Assembly: GCF_021028975.2 (NCBI RefSeq)
Contig: NC_059426.1
Span: 66,154,001 to 66,218,000, forward strand
From: Sphaerodactylus townsendi
Taxonomy: Eukaryota
Direction: 5' to 3'
Length of the DNA: 64,000 bases
Shown here: one piece after another, positions 23,101-36,836 of the stretch
Position numbering within the stretch: the stretch's first letter is position 1
Layout: the number at the start of each line of letters is the position of its first letter
The notes under the pieces: model-generated
Told to the model about the DNA's origin: nothing
What the model saw: the letters and a program-made list of their open reading frames with translations, nothing else
Database searches by the model: none
Position numbers and translations under genes: made by a program

Positions 23101-26100
23101 TCAGAGATTTATTGTTTTCTTTCAATTCTGCGCAGAAGAGGGAACTCTCCTTTGTCAAGCAGGACAGAGAGGAGGTTTGAAGCACTGCTGTTTGCGTAAC
23201 TTACTTTATACCCTCCTACAAACATCCCTCCTTGACTGCCCATTGGCTGGGTCAAACTGCCCATCACATTACCAATTCTGCTCCCTTCCCTGTACTTACT
23301 TGTCTCTTTACCCATTGGCTGGGCTGCTCCTAAAATCTGCCCCCTTCCCAAAGCCCACCTTGCTTTCCACAATTGGGCATATATTCTTTATGTCATCTTG
23401 CCCCTTTCAGAGATTATGGTTGCTATATCAACCAAGTCTTTATTTCACCCTTATCAAATGTTTTCTGAGCTTCTGCTAACTTCTTATCTCTACTGAGGGG
23501 CCCTGTTTCCCCAGATCTTCTGTAAAGCTTAGTGTCAGGCTGCCCCATGAGTTTCGTTTCTGAAGTGCTTGGTGCCCCATGAATTACTCTCATGTATAAT
23601 TAAATACAATGGCTTAAAACCTTATAAGCTAGCATATCCGTATCAAAGTGAATGGGATTAGTTTCTAATCACATGCAAGGGAGTTTGTCCATCTGACTGC
23701 AGTTCTGCCTTGTTCTTTTCAGGTAATATATAAGAAGCTATATGGACCCATATGGAAATCTGCAATAGGCAGAGAGACTTCTGTGTGCATTGCTTCCCCT
23801 GAAATCATGGAGAAGATGATGCGACAAGAGGGGAAATACCCTATGAGGTATGACATGGCTGAATGGAAGGAGCACCGGACCTTGAGGGGCCTAGCTTGTG
23901 GGCCTCTGACAGAGTGAGTACTGGGGCAGTGGGATTGACTGGCTTTAAAATTAATTGTGTTTGGTTTTCTGTTCCCACTGATAATAGCAGTAGTTCTGTA
24001 CAGAGATTTGCAGTGGGGATTTCAGTCTTTGGGGTTAAAGTCTTTCAGATTTATACCTTCTGAACATTTCTAAGTTGATTGTCGAATTGGGAACCCCATG
24101 TGGTGAAGGGAAGAAAGGAGTGTTTTAAGCGATTCCATCGGATGCAAGAACTTTGATTGTTTTTATTGGTTGCAGTCTTGTGGTGTGTGGGATACTTCCT
24201 TACCCTCAAAACTAAAAAAGGTAGTAGTACGCTGTGGTGGGCTGTCTAAAAATGGTTGGGAATGCAGAGTATGGCTCCTAATTAGGTTGGAAGATTGGGA
24301 GCATATTCTTCTACTGCTACTTTCCTACTATATTTCAAACTTAATGCAAGGCTCTTTAAAAAGGTATAAAGTGCTAAATTTATTCGGCATCACTTCTCTC
24401 TTGTCCCATTAAGATCTCTAACCTATGACACTCCCTTCCATGATCGTTTTAAGACTTTGCAGTTTGGGTTGACTTGGTTTTGAATTGGTTTTGAATTATA
24501 TTTTATATACATTTTACATCATTTTACATCAAATAACAGAGTTGTATATTTGTTTAAACTGTTCACCTGCTCTGTCTCATTTAGACAGGATAGACTGTTC
24601 ATTGCATCGAATACACAAAACAGTGTCGAGTCAATAGGGGCATGTATCACGTCACCCAATAATGTATATCTGGTCATACACAAAAGAATGTGTTCACTAT
24701 TTAAGGTTCTTTCAGGGCAATTCTCAACATGTTTCAAAATCCATGGAATTCAGTGGATTTACAAGGATGATTAGAACTGCACTGTTCAGCAACTTTACAA
24801 AGGCTACTAGAAGCTGCCAATGTAATTCAAGACTGATGGCATAAGGGTTCATGTTCCATGCCTCCCTCTTCTAGGATGACTATTTTGGAAGTTATTAAAA
24901 CTGTATTTGAAACAGACGTTGAGGAGACATGCAGTTATTATTAGCCAAAAAAGGGCATATCACATGTGCCCATTCACTTATTTTTCAAAGGTTATGGCGT
25001 GAGCATGAGATCATGTGCAGTCCTTGCATTATGTAACATGAAGAAGCCTCCAGATGCAGCAGTGTTCGTAATCACTAGACATGTTAGCTGGATGATACTA
25101 TGCCCTTGTCTACCCCCAAAAAATGGATTAATAGCTCCATGGAAAGGTGGTCCACTCAAATGAATAAGGCTTCTTAATCAGGAGCGTTCAAATGTTAAAG
25201 ATGTTGATTCAGGGTCTGTGGTCCCCCCTCCTCCCCAATTTAGCACTTCTGTCTGAATTATGGCAGCTTTTATACACTGTTCAGGATAAAGATGACAGAA
25301 GATTTGTGAATTCACCCACCATTTTCTGGACCATCTTTGTTCTAGAATTCTCCACTTGGGACGTAGTGCCTCTCTATCTAGTTCTGTCCCCAAGGCACTA
25401 GGACCCAAGCGGAGCATTCTTGAACAAAGCCAGTACAGAAATGGTGGATGAATTCACAAATTTCCTGTCATCTTTATCCAGTTATAGTTAGGAATGTTTA
25501 TCTGAGAGGCTTTCTAGCTGTTTCAGGGATGTTGAATCACGGCAGTGCTATGAGCCTAACTGAAAAGGTGTTATTTTTTGGACCTGCAGAACCTTGAAAC
25601 AGTGATTTAAGTGTATGTGCCAAGGGTGTGTGGGTGGGGAATGAGGACATCACGACTTAGCTCAACCCACCTCTCCCAAATAGCCAGAGAGATGTTTTCT
25701 TCTTCAGTCTGGTTTTGCCTAGCATGGCACCCAAGTGAGATGACCTCTCTCCACAGGGAAGGGGAGCGCTGGTATCACTTACGTCAGGTGCTGAACAAGA
25801 GGATGCTGAAACCTGCAGAGGCTGTGCTGTATGCAGATGTCATCAATGAGGTGGTCTCCGACCTGATGGTGCATTTGAACAACGAGAGGGAGAAGAGTCC
25901 TTCTGGGGTAGTAGTCAAGGATGTTGCCAACCAGCTCTATCGATTTGCCCTGGAAGGTATTTTCAGATAGGAACCGAGATAGGTATGGTAAGTTGGGGGA
26001 AAGCAGTGATGTGGTGTTAGCACTGCTCCAAATGACCTGAATAGCTAAAGGCAGCTAGCTAAATGACCACCTGATTCTGCACATATTACAATCCTCACAA

Positions 26101-29100
26101 CAGGAAACCACAAGTCTCCTCCCCTGTCCCCCCTTTTCTATAAAAGATAGTGGCACATCTGTTCCCTTCTCTCATTTTCCCGCCCTGACAGGCATTTCGA
26201 GCATTCTGTTTGAGACCCGCCTCGGCTGCCTGCGAAAGCAGATACCTGCAAAAACCCAAGATTTTATAAATTCCATTGGCCGCATGTTTAAGAATTTCGT
26301 TTTTGTCAATGCCCTGCCCAAGTGGACCCGGGAGGTGCTGCCTTTCTGGAACCGCTATCTGGAGAGCTGGGATACCATCTTTGCTTTTGGTAAGAGAAGC
26401 CCAAAGCCCTCTGAGGGGTTTAGATTATGGGAAGGTCTAGCTCCACGTTCTGCCCCTTTTAAGTCTGCAAGGGTTTCTCCAGATGGCACCATTCTAGAGA
26501 ATGCAAAGTGTGCTGAATCCTCCTTACCAGCACCATGTGAAAACCTGGGTTTTCCAGAAAGATTTTTCTGTATACTGATGTGTTCTATTTTTTTAATGTG
26601 TGCCTTCTCCTTAATATGGAGTTTTTAAACTGAGACTTTTATTACTCTTTATTATGAGAGTGTGAAGATTTTGTTGTGAAGTGTATGGTTTCTGTTCTGA
26701 ATTGTATGCTTCAGTGGGTATCATGTGAACAATAGCAAAGCAGGCAGGTGTGTAGTGAAATAAATAAGCAAAGATGTTAATCCTTTTATTCTATATGATT
26801 ACAAAAGACATAGCATACCCTCCAACATCTAGTTTTTCTCTATAGTAGGGACCAAGAGCACTATATTTTCTTCTCTTCTCCCAGTACCTTCCTGCAGGTA
26901 TGATTCTGTGATAATTCCTGAAAGGGGAGGGGCCTCTTCCTTATGTATGGAAGCCCGTTGATAAGAAGGGCCTCTACACTGCATTTTCATTTAAGAGTTT
27001 CCTTGACTTTTATAACATATCATTCATTCGTCCTTCCAACCTCTCTTGCTCTATTTTCGAACTGCTGCATGGTCTCCCTTTTCTTCTGCTGTTCATTCCC
27101 CAAGGTTCTCCTGCCATTCTCCAGGATCAGTTCCTTGACTTCCCTGTGTACACGTGCTTTTTGACCTTTTAGCACTAGCACTTCTGCTGGAGGGAATGTA
27201 ATGAAAATAGGAAATACTAGCCTGTCAGAGTTAGAAAGATTATGGAAATTCTATCCATGTAAACTATACCCACTGGATTTGGCACCTGCATTTAAAGCAT
27301 CTAGTATGATCCTTTGGTTCCTAGGGCAAAAATTAATTGATAAACGGATGGAAGAAATCACAGCTCAGCTAAAAGATGGAGAAAATCCTAAAGGCGAATA
27401 TCTAACCTACCTACTGTCTAATGAGAAATTAAGCATTGAGGAAGTATCTGGCAGTGTGGCTGAGTTACTCATAGCTGGCGTGGACACAGTACGTTCCTTC
27501 TTTTTTGTTTTGATTTTCTTTTGTAGCACTATGACTAGAAATCGGATTCCAATTGCTTATTCCAGGGACATGCTTTAGCTGCCAATTGGCAGGAATCCAT
27601 TCACAGTAGCATTGCAAAGGTAAGGATTAGCTAGCTTGCTTGTCAGAAATCCTGACTACAAATGCAGTGTACTTGGCTTCACATCACAGACCTTCAGAGA
27701 TTCTAGAGCTGACTGCACTGTACAAAGGAACTGCAACTCGGAAGAGCCTCTATATTATTTTGCCATGCAGAAATCCATCGGAGGTTGTTTTTCTGACTCT
27801 TGCTTTCCAAAAACCACACATCTTTGTTGAATCTTGAAATTATTTTGAATAATCTTGTTGATTTCCTTGCCTGCACCTTTTCGCATCCTTCCAATAGATC
27901 TTCTACAAAGTCCATGTTATTGTAATGAACAGTTGCTGCTAAGTTATAGAGTATTATTTAAATAGTCATTCCTTTGCTGTCATGCCCTCTGTGTCCATCA
28001 GAAGCCAGCATTGTATACACATCCTGTAATATGTGGGCAGATTAGCATTCACATATGTTAACCTGTAACTCCTGCATTAAACATCCCCATAGCCCTTCTC
28101 CAATAGATAGGAGATTCATACCCTCTAATCTGCTGCATTTCATCAATCTGTTGATCCAGAATTGCCCAGCAGGGAATAATGCTTTATATCCAGTTTCCAT
28201 AGAATACAGTCTTCCTTCCCAATGACATTCCACTTTCTCCAACCTAATCTTAAAAAGATTATCTGATCATGCTAATTAAAGGAAGAATTTATTTCTGTTG
28301 CATCCTGGAGTTTATTAGTTCAGAAACTTCCCTAATTTATATCTGTTTGTTTGTTAAAATGTTTTTTTCAACAAATCAAAGCATCTTACAAAGCACCAGC
28401 AACTTACAAAAGGAAAGAAAAGTAAAGAAAAAAACCCAGTATTATCCAACATTATACATGAATGATTGGAATATGTTTCTAATATGTACCAGTCCTCTAT
28501 GGTTCTTGACCAAAGTGATCTACCTCTTCATCAGCCTCCAAAGAATGCTCTCTGAAATAGGGCACCTTCACATGCCCTGTGAAAAGTGGGAAGGTGCTGT
28601 GCATACCTTTTCAGGTGAACTGGTTTAAAGAACTGAAAATGTTCTTCCGAGGCCATTGAAGAGAAATCTGGTTTAAGAAAGGCAAAAAGGAAACTGAAGG
28701 AAGGTTTAAGAAAGGCAAAAAGTCACATTCTCTCAGTCTAAGCTATCTTACATGGTTGTTATGCGGATAAAATGGAAGAGAGGGAAACTATGTAAGCTGC
28801 TTTGGGTTCCCTCTGGGGAAAAAGGCAGGGTACAAATGAATTAATTAAATACATAAACATACCACCTTTGGGATCAAGGCCTCATCTGTGTGCTTTCCTA
28901 GAAAAGGTTACCAATTACTGTGCTTTTTACTCCTACTTGATATTTTTTGCTTCCCATAGACTTCCAACACATTAGCCTGGACTCTCTACCACCTTGCTAA
29001 GGACAATGAGATTCAGAATGCCTTATTCCAAGAAGTTATGGGTGTGGTTCCCAAAGGCCAGATCCCTACAACTGAAGATGTGGCCAGGATGCCCCTGCTG

Positions 29101-32100
29101 AAGGCTGTCATCAAAGAAACTCTGAGGTAGTTTCCTTTTGTCTACCATGAAAGATGTGCCTGAAATACCAAAGAAGTGGTGATGTTATGGAATCTCCATG
29201 TGATCAGTGTGTGGGCAGACTGGAAGTGGAGAACAGTGGATGTTAAGGACTTGTTTCAAAAGAATTGGAGAAAAAGGACAGTTGCAGGAGAGCAGAGAGA
29301 AGAAGCAGCTGAAGGAAAAGAGTTGAAGAAAGAGAGAAGCAGTCCTAACAGTAAAAAGTGTATCAGCTGATCAGCATCCCAAAAAAGGCAGCAAGAAGGG
29401 AATAAGAAGTGGAAAAGATACAACACTAGCTTGAGATAAACAAAGTTTCTGCGCAGCAGAAAAAGAGAGCCTGGATTAAGAGTGGCATGTCACTTAGGTT
29501 TAGAACTGAAGAGTCTCTGGGAGAAAGGATGGTTGAAATTAAATAAGCAGGCAGTGCAATCTTTTAGAATTATAAAAGCATTCTGCCACAAAACCTTGGT
29601 CAGATCCATGAATATCTGAATAGCTTCACTTCTGCTGCACACAGAGACCAGCTCACGCTTTCCATTAGCTTTTTGAGATCATGATATGGTCAGCTGTTAT
29701 GGAATAATCCTGTAAACCAGGAAGGCAAGAATCCCAGAAGTTCTATAAGCTTTCTGGAGTCTTCGATGTTAGCACTAGGAATGCAATTGCTCTTTTGCCT
29801 TGATTTAGCTGGCATGGGAGTGTAAGAAAATAGCAGCGCCTTGGTTATGTTTTTTCAGAACTGCTTTCTGGGATTCTGATTACCACCAGTAATGGGATGT
29901 CAAATAGAAATGCCTATTCAAATGTCATGGGCAGGGGAGCTACATTGGTGAATGGGGGAACTTGGATAGTGATATCCATAAAGATAAACAAGCTGCTAGT
30001 TTGTGTCGGGTAGAGTATTTCCATTGCTTGGAAATATTAAGAGACCTGAATGCTGTTCCATGTGAACATCGATAGGTAATCAAGCAAATTCCATTCCCAT
30101 CCCAATTCTGTGTGTAGGAATAGTTTGATGATACAACCTATTTTGAGTTGGGTAGTTAAACATATTAACTTCTTCAACATGCCCAGATTCTGTGTTGCAG
30201 CAAAGGTGCGAACTGTAAGGCGATAAGCTGCTTATTTTAAGAAAGGGGAAACTGATGGTTCAGTGGCTGATTATGCACAAGGTGTTTACTGCATGGTAAA
30301 GGCAAACGTCTGCTGTGGCAAGATTTCTTGTACAGACATATTTTCTCTAGCGCTGCTTTCACTTTCCACTCCCTCTATGGCAAGCAAATGATAAAAGGAA
30401 AATGTTTCAGCTCCTGAACAATTCCAATGTAGAAATTTCGGAAGCTGTTGCTATATTTTAAGGCATGTTTTACAATGTAACAATGAGTGATTTTTTAATG
30501 TATCTGGAAATGTTTGACATTTTCTTGATTATATGCCTAATAAAGGTTCTGGATTGGATTGTCAAGCAAATGCATTTACAGCATGGACAGCATTTAGAGC
30601 AGGACAGATTGCCAGTGGGCACAGCCTTGCCATGAACCTTTTTCCTCCACCGGCAGCCAGCCTACCTAGTCTTACCCCCACTCCCTTATGCTGCTTTGCA
30701 CACTTCCCCCTCACTCTCCTCCCTGTTGCTGACTACTTCCTGTTTCTTGTCCCACCATATCATTTATATTGCCCGTGGCCTCCCCACTCCTCTGGGGAGC
30801 AGAGTGGTGTAGTGGTTAAGAGCAGGTGCATTCTAATCTGGAGGAACCAGGTTTGATTCCCCGCTCTGCCACTTGAACTGTGGAGGCTTATCTGGGGAAT
30901 TCAGATTAGTTTGTGCACTCCAACACATGCCAGCTGGGTGACCTTGGACTACTCACAGTTCTTCTGAGCTCTCTCAGCCCCACCTACCTCCCAGGGTGTT
31001 TGTAAGCCCCTTTGAGTCTCCTACAGGAGAGAAGGGGGGGATATAAATCCAAACTCTTCTTCTTCTTCCTGCATATCTTTAGTTTTTTAAAAAAACATTA
31101 AATGACCATATCGATAGATCGATAAATCGATAGTAACGCTAAATTTTTTTTAAAAAAATAGACTAGTCGATCAATCAAAACATCTGATTTGCCACTGCAT
31201 TTAATCAACAAACGAGGATATCTCGAAGTTTTACACACAAACAATCAGTGATTCCAGATCACACTGGAAAAAGGCCATTGGTCTTGATGCTTGGGTTTAC
31301 AATGGGAGATGGATGATCATTAACCTGGGGAACTTACAAATGGCAGTTCACACTATCTTTTTGCGGCTTTTCAGTTCACATCCTGCCATTACTTCCCCTC
31401 ACTTCCCGCCATAAAAGACAATCAGTGTTTGGTCAAAGTGTATAGATGCGCAATTCAAGACTTTAATAGTTCACTTTTTAATGTTGATGTATCTATAGAT
31501 AAATATATTGATCTATTGATAAGATTAAAGATAAAAAATAAAGATTATATTAAAAATTAAAGCATGTGTGATGGAGAACCTGCAAAACCTTCCCCCTCCC
31601 CACCCCCATGCAAGCAAAAAGCCAAGTGATGGGTAATCCCTGCCCTGCTGCAAACAGGGTGGTAGCTAATAATGCCGAACGTGCCCTGAAACAAAGACTC
31701 CCCTGCCAATTCTCTTTGAAGTCACGGGAGCCGTGTGTAATTGATGGGTGTGTCTGATTTGTTTTTAGGCTGTATCCTGTGGTGCCTATCAATTCCCGAG
31801 TGGCAGTGAATGATGTCATCATAGAAGGTTACCATTTCCCCAAAGGGGTAAGCCAGCATAATAATTTAGATTAACTGCACCTAAACAATCTTGTCATGTT
31901 ACTAAGGTTTAGGAAATCTAAACAGCCAGTTGAACTCTTGGTGAAGCAAATGGAGAGTAATTTTTCTCTGCACCAAAAATTTTAATACATAGAAGAGTCA
32001 GGAGCTCGTGTGAGAGTCCATAACTGCTTGCCTAACACTTAAACATTTGCAAAGTTGAGCAATAAATCAAATGGTGTTTTAGTGCTATGTAAATAAGCCT

Positions 32101-35100
32101 TATAGTACAGCTGGTTTTCTTAGGGAATAACATTACTTTCTAAATGATGGATTCCTCTGAGCAGGATGGACCAAAACTTCGGCTGTATGTTCAAGGTATT
32201 CCTGACTTCTGACTACTAGAAACTGAACCAGGAACAATAGAACTATTCAATAGTTTTCTTGTTTCTCTCTGAAGTAGTGTTGGCCACTAATCTGTGCTAC
32301 TGTTCTGAGAGAGACCATTGGGCTATTTCTAACAATGCCTCTATTGATATGTTTACTGGTAACTTCAGGATTAGTTCTACAGGCTGTTGGAAATCCACCC
32401 TCAAGCATATTAAAAAATAGCAGAGCACCAGTAACTTCGCATTCCATTCCACGTGTGTGGAATATATTTTTCGGTGAGATGGATGAGGACCAAGCAATGG
32501 TCAAAAGTGGAATGTCCCTTGACAAAGCTGATTTGGGTGGGCTCAAGTAAAGGTGATGCCCAAACTACAAGTTTTTCGAGAAGATGCAGGTCATACACTT
32601 TGCCAACAATTGATAAGAAGCTGATAGGCCTGTAGTTAGATGGAATCTGAGCAGGGGAATATCTGCCATGGGGAGTCAAATGTCCCTAGGCGCCCCCATG
32701 TGGTTATGTGGTGGGGAGGGCGCAAAAAATTCAGGCTCGTTTGTGGGTTTTTTGTATTTTTTAGTATATTTCAGTTTTTGGCCTTCAGGGGCACAGTTTT
32801 TAGGCTAGCAGCACCAAAATTTCAGGGATTTTTCGGGAGACTCCCCTGATGCAAACTAATAGGAGATGGGGGCTACACCTTTGAGGGTCCATAACTTTTA
32901 ACTCCCTGAACCAAAATTCACCAAACCTGGGTGGTATTATCAGGAGAGTCTCCTAAAGATACCCTGAAATTTTGGTGCTGCTAGCTTAACAATTGCACCC
33001 CTGGGGACCCCAGATTCTCCCTTTAAGGTGGATTTAAAAGAAGAATAGAGGGAGAAAGCATGGTGTCGAAGAAGGTGCTGGGAAAGTGATTCCACCATGC
33101 ATCAGCAGTAATAACAGAGTTAATAGAGTTGAAGTTAGATTGGGGGACATCAAACACTGGATGCCAGAATAATTTGGGGTATCTAGCTTTTGTAGCTTGA
33201 ATTAATGTGTTCCAGTTTTTATGGTAGCTGTGGCGTTTTTTTGGCAGTTACCATCATCCGAAATTGCTTCCGGCCAAGGAAGTACCCTTTCACGGGTTTC
33301 CTGTGTTGGATTATAATTACATTGTTGATATAGATGGTGAAGATGCACTTTCAAGGAATACCAGTCCTGGTCAAACCAGGAATCATGAGAAAAATAGGGA
33401 GCGAGATGAGAGGGTCTAGTTTTGAGCTGAATGCAGCTAACTATGGCAGTAGTTAGCTCCTCATAATGGCAGATGGAAATTCTGGGAGTATTTGCCTCAG
33501 CAGCAGCCTGGAAGAGACTATCCAAGGCTCTTAGGGATAGATGTCATGGCTCCAGTTTCACAATAGAAAGCATCCCTTTTCCAAATGTTACTAGTAAGTC
33601 TGGTCTGTGTTATACATACTATTTTAGTTTTCCAGGTAATGTTGAAGTACTATTCTTAACTATTCGGGAGTGTACTTTATACCTCCTTTTCAAAGAAAAA
33701 ATGCAGAAACATTCAGTTTCCATTTCTTTCCAGTAAATTAGGATTCAGGGATTAGCAGTAAACATCCTGCAGTTGGAAGTTTAAAGGCTGCAGATTATGC
33801 AAATGTGCATACAATTAACCATTTCTCCAATCTAATTCCAATTGCAAAATGTATAATTTGTGGAAGAATTAGTGTGATAGAGAGAAGGGACAGAACTGTG
33901 TATTTGCTGTATTTTCTTGCATAAATCTTTCTTGCGTAAGATCTTTTCTACAGGATCAAGTTTCTGAAGGAACCTGCTTTCTGCTTTCAGAAGAAGCAAT
34001 ATTGCACAGTGCTGATTGGCTGTGTACGGCGTGGAACAACTTTCCTCTCCTTTGTTAGAGCATGTTTCAAAGAATAAACACAAGAGAGGGAAAGGCTTTT
34101 TTTATTTCTGGCTTTCTGGTTTCCGCATGGCCGTCGAGGCGCCTCCACGCCGGCAAGAATTCTGCTGGCGTGGAGACGGAGGCCGTTCGCATGCAAGCAT
34201 GCGGGCGGCCTCCGGAGAGGCCGAGTAGACGATTTTGCAGGCTGCCCGCGATGGAACCTCTTCTTCCTCCCACTCACGCCTTTGTCCCGCCGAATTACCG
34301 TTGCCTGCTGGCCGTCGAAGCCCCGCTTCACGCTGCCCCCTCTGACCTCCAGGGGTCGGAGGGACAGCGCGGGCGAACTTCACGGCCAGCAACGGCCGTA
34401 TGACAGCTGTGACAAGGTGAGTGGGACGAGAAAAAAAACAGCCGCATTCCCGCCCGCGTGCTGTCTCGCACCGCGCGGCCGGGAACACGCTGTCGGGGAA
34501 AAAACAACCCTTTAAAGGCAGTTACGCCAGGGCGGCCTGACGCCTGCCCTGGGGGAGGGGAGCTATGCCAGTGGTCGGTAAAGCTGCTGCTTAGCTAGCG
34601 AAGAAGCGCCGCATGTGCGAAGTAGCTTCCCCTGGGGACGGTGTTTATCCCGTCCCCAGGGCGCCATTAAAGGGCCGTGTGGAAACGGCCTAAGCTATCC
34701 TGTAATCAAATATCCACTTAAGTACTTTGAAATTGAGAGGGAAAATCATGTGGTTAGCCTACCTGAAGCATAAGGAGAGAGACAACAATTAGTTTTCACT
34801 TTGGGAGCAGGTATATGTATGAGTGCAGGAGCAAAGATGGTGGAAAACACAGTTTGTGTCACAGCAACATTCCTCATACATGCTGTTATGTTGAAGTACA
34901 GCAGTGTACAGCCAAAGCCATGCAAAATGTCTAACACTTGATCAGTGAAGACCATACACAGAAACTTTATTTATTTATTTATTTATTATCGTATTTATAT
35001 ACCGCCCCATCCCCTGAGGGCTCTAGGCGGTGAACAACAAAATGATGTTACATAAACTTGATTGTTTCTGAACACTGAGTAGACTCTGCTATCCTGTTTT

Positions 35101-36836
35101 TCCCAGTTTTTATTTCTGCACAGTCCTAAGGGCTAGAAACTTGTTCTTGCAGTTAAATAAAACAAAACACAGAAATTCACAGACTTGTAAAGATGTCATC
35201 AAATTTGCGCTGGTGTGTAAAACCCCAGCTGTGCAGATTTGTAGACTCAACCAATTTTGTTGGAGTAACCTCATTAATGATTTGCCTTGCTCTGTATTCT
35301 CATTGGTTCTGTTTCTAGACATTGTTCTCTTTCTGCTATTTTGCCCTTTCTCGTGATGAGACCAACTTCCTGGATCCCAACAAATTTGTGCCACGGCGCT
35401 GGCTGCGAGAACAGCGTACTTTGGCCCATCACCCCTTCAGTTCCCTCCCTTTTGGTTATGGAGTCAGGGGCTGTGTGGGACGTCGCATTGCTGAATTAGA
35501 GATGCATTTGGCTCTTGCCAGGGTGAGTAACTGGTTGGGAGATGGATGCTGCTGCCAAAAACTACCTATTCCAAGTTGCAAACCAAGCTCCTAGTCATTT
35601 GGGATTTTTTCCAGTACAAAGAGCCAGCAGTGCTCCTTGTGTTTTTACAGCAGTAGCAATGAAAGCTATACAGAAAATTGTTACCCTTGAGAAACAGCCT
35701 CAGTGTACTTCCGTGTGAATGTTTTGTTCCACCTTGGCTCAGAAAGTGGAGCAGTGGTATACTTTGGAGGGTTTTGGAATATTTTTGCAACATTGTCCTC
35801 CACTGTCCACTTTCCAGGGTTTTCCTTGCTTTGCTGTGATGTTTTCCAAAAATGCTTTGGTGCCATTCTTTTCTGAAAGATTCCTGTTCAAAAAGGTTTG
35901 CTTACTGTGGAAGGTGTGCAGTTTTGACCTGCCTGCCCACTTCAGTGCCACTTTGCAGCCGTCATCTCTTCATGGTCATTATTTTCCACTCTTGCATCAC
36001 CAGAGAGCATTTTGCTTTAAAAAAAAAAAAGTTGTTGCTCTAGTGATACAGCAACTATTTGATTTTTTTAAAGAGATTAAGAGGCCCTCTGGTGGTACAG
36101 AGGGAATGGTGGCATAATGGGATGACTGAAGGAAGTATGCGGAATCCTTACAATGGAGAATGTCACTGTGTGGGAGTTATTATTTCTTGTTTGAGGCATT
36201 ATTTCCTTCCTCTCCTTATCCCTGTTTCTCTGTGTAGTAAAAATATTTCAGTTCCTTAGCTGCCTTCTTGGGTTGCCAACAATGAGTCAACAATGATCTT
36301 TGTGCTTCGAAGGGAGCTGCAGAGCTTACTGAAACCAGGCAATTACCTCTGGGACCTGTTGAGTTATGAGGACAATTTATGTCCTCTGTATCCTACTTGT
36401 GTCAGGGTTCTGCTTCTCTTCCCTCCTTCAATTCTTCAAAATCTTGCTTAAAATATGTGTCCTCCCCTCCCCACCTGGATAAAGTATTGTTCTGTGTCCA
36501 TTCAGTGTAGTATGAAATGTGTTCCTTATCTTTTCTTGTTGCGCTAGAAATTTACTCAAGGCTCATGCTAGCCTTTCATGTTGCAACATTATGCTAAGAA
36601 TGTCATGGGAACTTTGACTCCCTAGAAACCAGTAGTGGCTCCTTCTGTCTTAGAGCTGACAATGACTCCAGTTCTCAACCTTCTCTCTGCAGATTGTCCA
36701 GAAATATGAAATAAGACCGGACCCACAAGGAGGTAAAGTTCAACCCTTAGCCCGTGTGACCTTGGTGGCAGACAGACCCATCAACCTTCAGTTCCTGGAC
36801 AGATGGATGGATGATTCTTCACATGCCTTTAGATAA
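19930..36836 (+). CDS. CYP27A1: Sterol 26/27-hydroxylase, mitochondrial (CYP27A1 or a CYP27A paralog), join(19930..20151,23723..23913,25757..25956,26192..26389,27325..27488,28960..29126,31769..31847,35319..35522,36693..36836), 522 aa
   Basis: Arg-rich targeting peptide; RQEGKYP; WKEHR; I-helix [13 protein letters not shown]; K-helix [11 protein letters not shown]; heme motif [15 protein letters not shown]. Nine exons in the CYP27A1 phase pattern; 1569 nt open. Orthology versus paralogy is unresolved. Confidence 0.92.
21400..22950 (-). mobile_element. Highly decayed L1/Tx1-like LINE relic (endonuclease region)
   Basis: Minus-strand IRLMTWNL and FRVDVFF fragments resemble APE motifs; many stops. 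Confidence 0.3.
22962..23620 (-). mobile_element. Solo-LTR-like element, antisense in CYP27A intron 1 (boundaries approximate)
   Basis: On the minus strand, two CCAAT boxes (23318-23314, 23246-23242), TATAAA (23210-23205) and AATAAA (23113-23108) occur in U3-R order. Confidence 0.45.
23723..23913 (+). CDS. CYP27A1: CYP27A exon 2
   Basis: [13 protein letters not shown]...[20 protein letters not shown]...GPLTE; AG/GT flanks. Confidence 0.93.
25284..25479. repeat. ~195-bp imperfect palindrome (old fold-back MITE)
   Basis: ggataaagatgacag...gtagtgcct pairs with aggcactag...ctgtcatctttatcc around a ~20-nt loop. Confidence 0.8.
25757..25956 (+). CDS. CYP27A1: CYP27A exon 3
   Basis: [19 protein letters not shown]...LYRFALEG; AG/GT flanks. 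Confidence 0.94.
26192..26389 (+). CDS. CYP27A1: CYP27A exon 4
   Basis: [13 protein letters not shown]...[25 protein letters not shown]; donor gtaaga. Confidence 0.94.
27325..27488 (+). CDS. CYP27A1: CYP27A exon 5
   Basis: [10 protein letters not shown]...EYLTYLL...ELLIAGVDT|gtacgt. Confidence 0.93.
28960..29126 (+). CDS. CYP27A1: CYP27A exon 6
   Basis: [12 protein letters not shown]...[13 protein letters not shown]. Confidence 0.94.
30800..31068 (+). mobile_element. MIR-like tRNA-derived SINE with (CTT)n tail
   Basis: A-box tggtgtagtgg, B-box ggtttgattcc, core gctgggtgaccttgg, tail cttcttcttc. Confidence 0.75.
31769..31847 (+). CDS. CYP27A1: CYP27A exon 7
   Basis: [26 protein letters not shown]|gtaagc. 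Confidence 0.94.
32290..33600 (-). mobile_element. Decayed non-LTR retrotransposon (RT region), split by an insertion at ~32680-33030
   Basis: [17 protein letters not shown]...[17 protein letters not shown], plus upstream WFDQDW motif. Confidence 0.7.
32680..33030. repeat. Internally palindromic interspersed repeat; related copy at 61180-61620
   Basis: Shares cataactt...gaaccaaa...caccaaacctgggtggta...ctcctaaagataccctgaaattttggtgctgctagc with 61380-61480. Confidence 0.7.
34118..34690. mobile_element. GC-rich Harbinger-type MITE, same family as 19015-19539, opposite orientation
   Basis: Ends gtttccgcatggcc / ggccgtgtggaaacggcc|taa; shared internal gacctccaggggtcggaggg. Confidence 0.7.
35319..35522 (+). 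CDS. CYP27A1: CYP27A exon 8 (heme-binding Cys)
   Basis: [14 protein letters not shown]...PRRWLR...[25 protein letters not shown]|gtgagt. Confidence 0.95.
36693..36836 (+). CDS. CYP27A1: CYP27A exon 9
   Basis: [11 protein letters not shown]...[31 protein letters not shown]; AATAAA at 36842. Confidence 0.92.
   Translation: MVQKYEIRPDPQGGKVQPLARVTLVADRPINLQFLDRWMDDSSHAFR

Noticed and set aside
19930-36836. CYP27C1, CYP27B1 or CYP24A1 assignment
   Set aside because: RQEGKYP, LPKWTR.VLPFW.RYL and [13 protein letters not shown] motifs fit CYP27A best.
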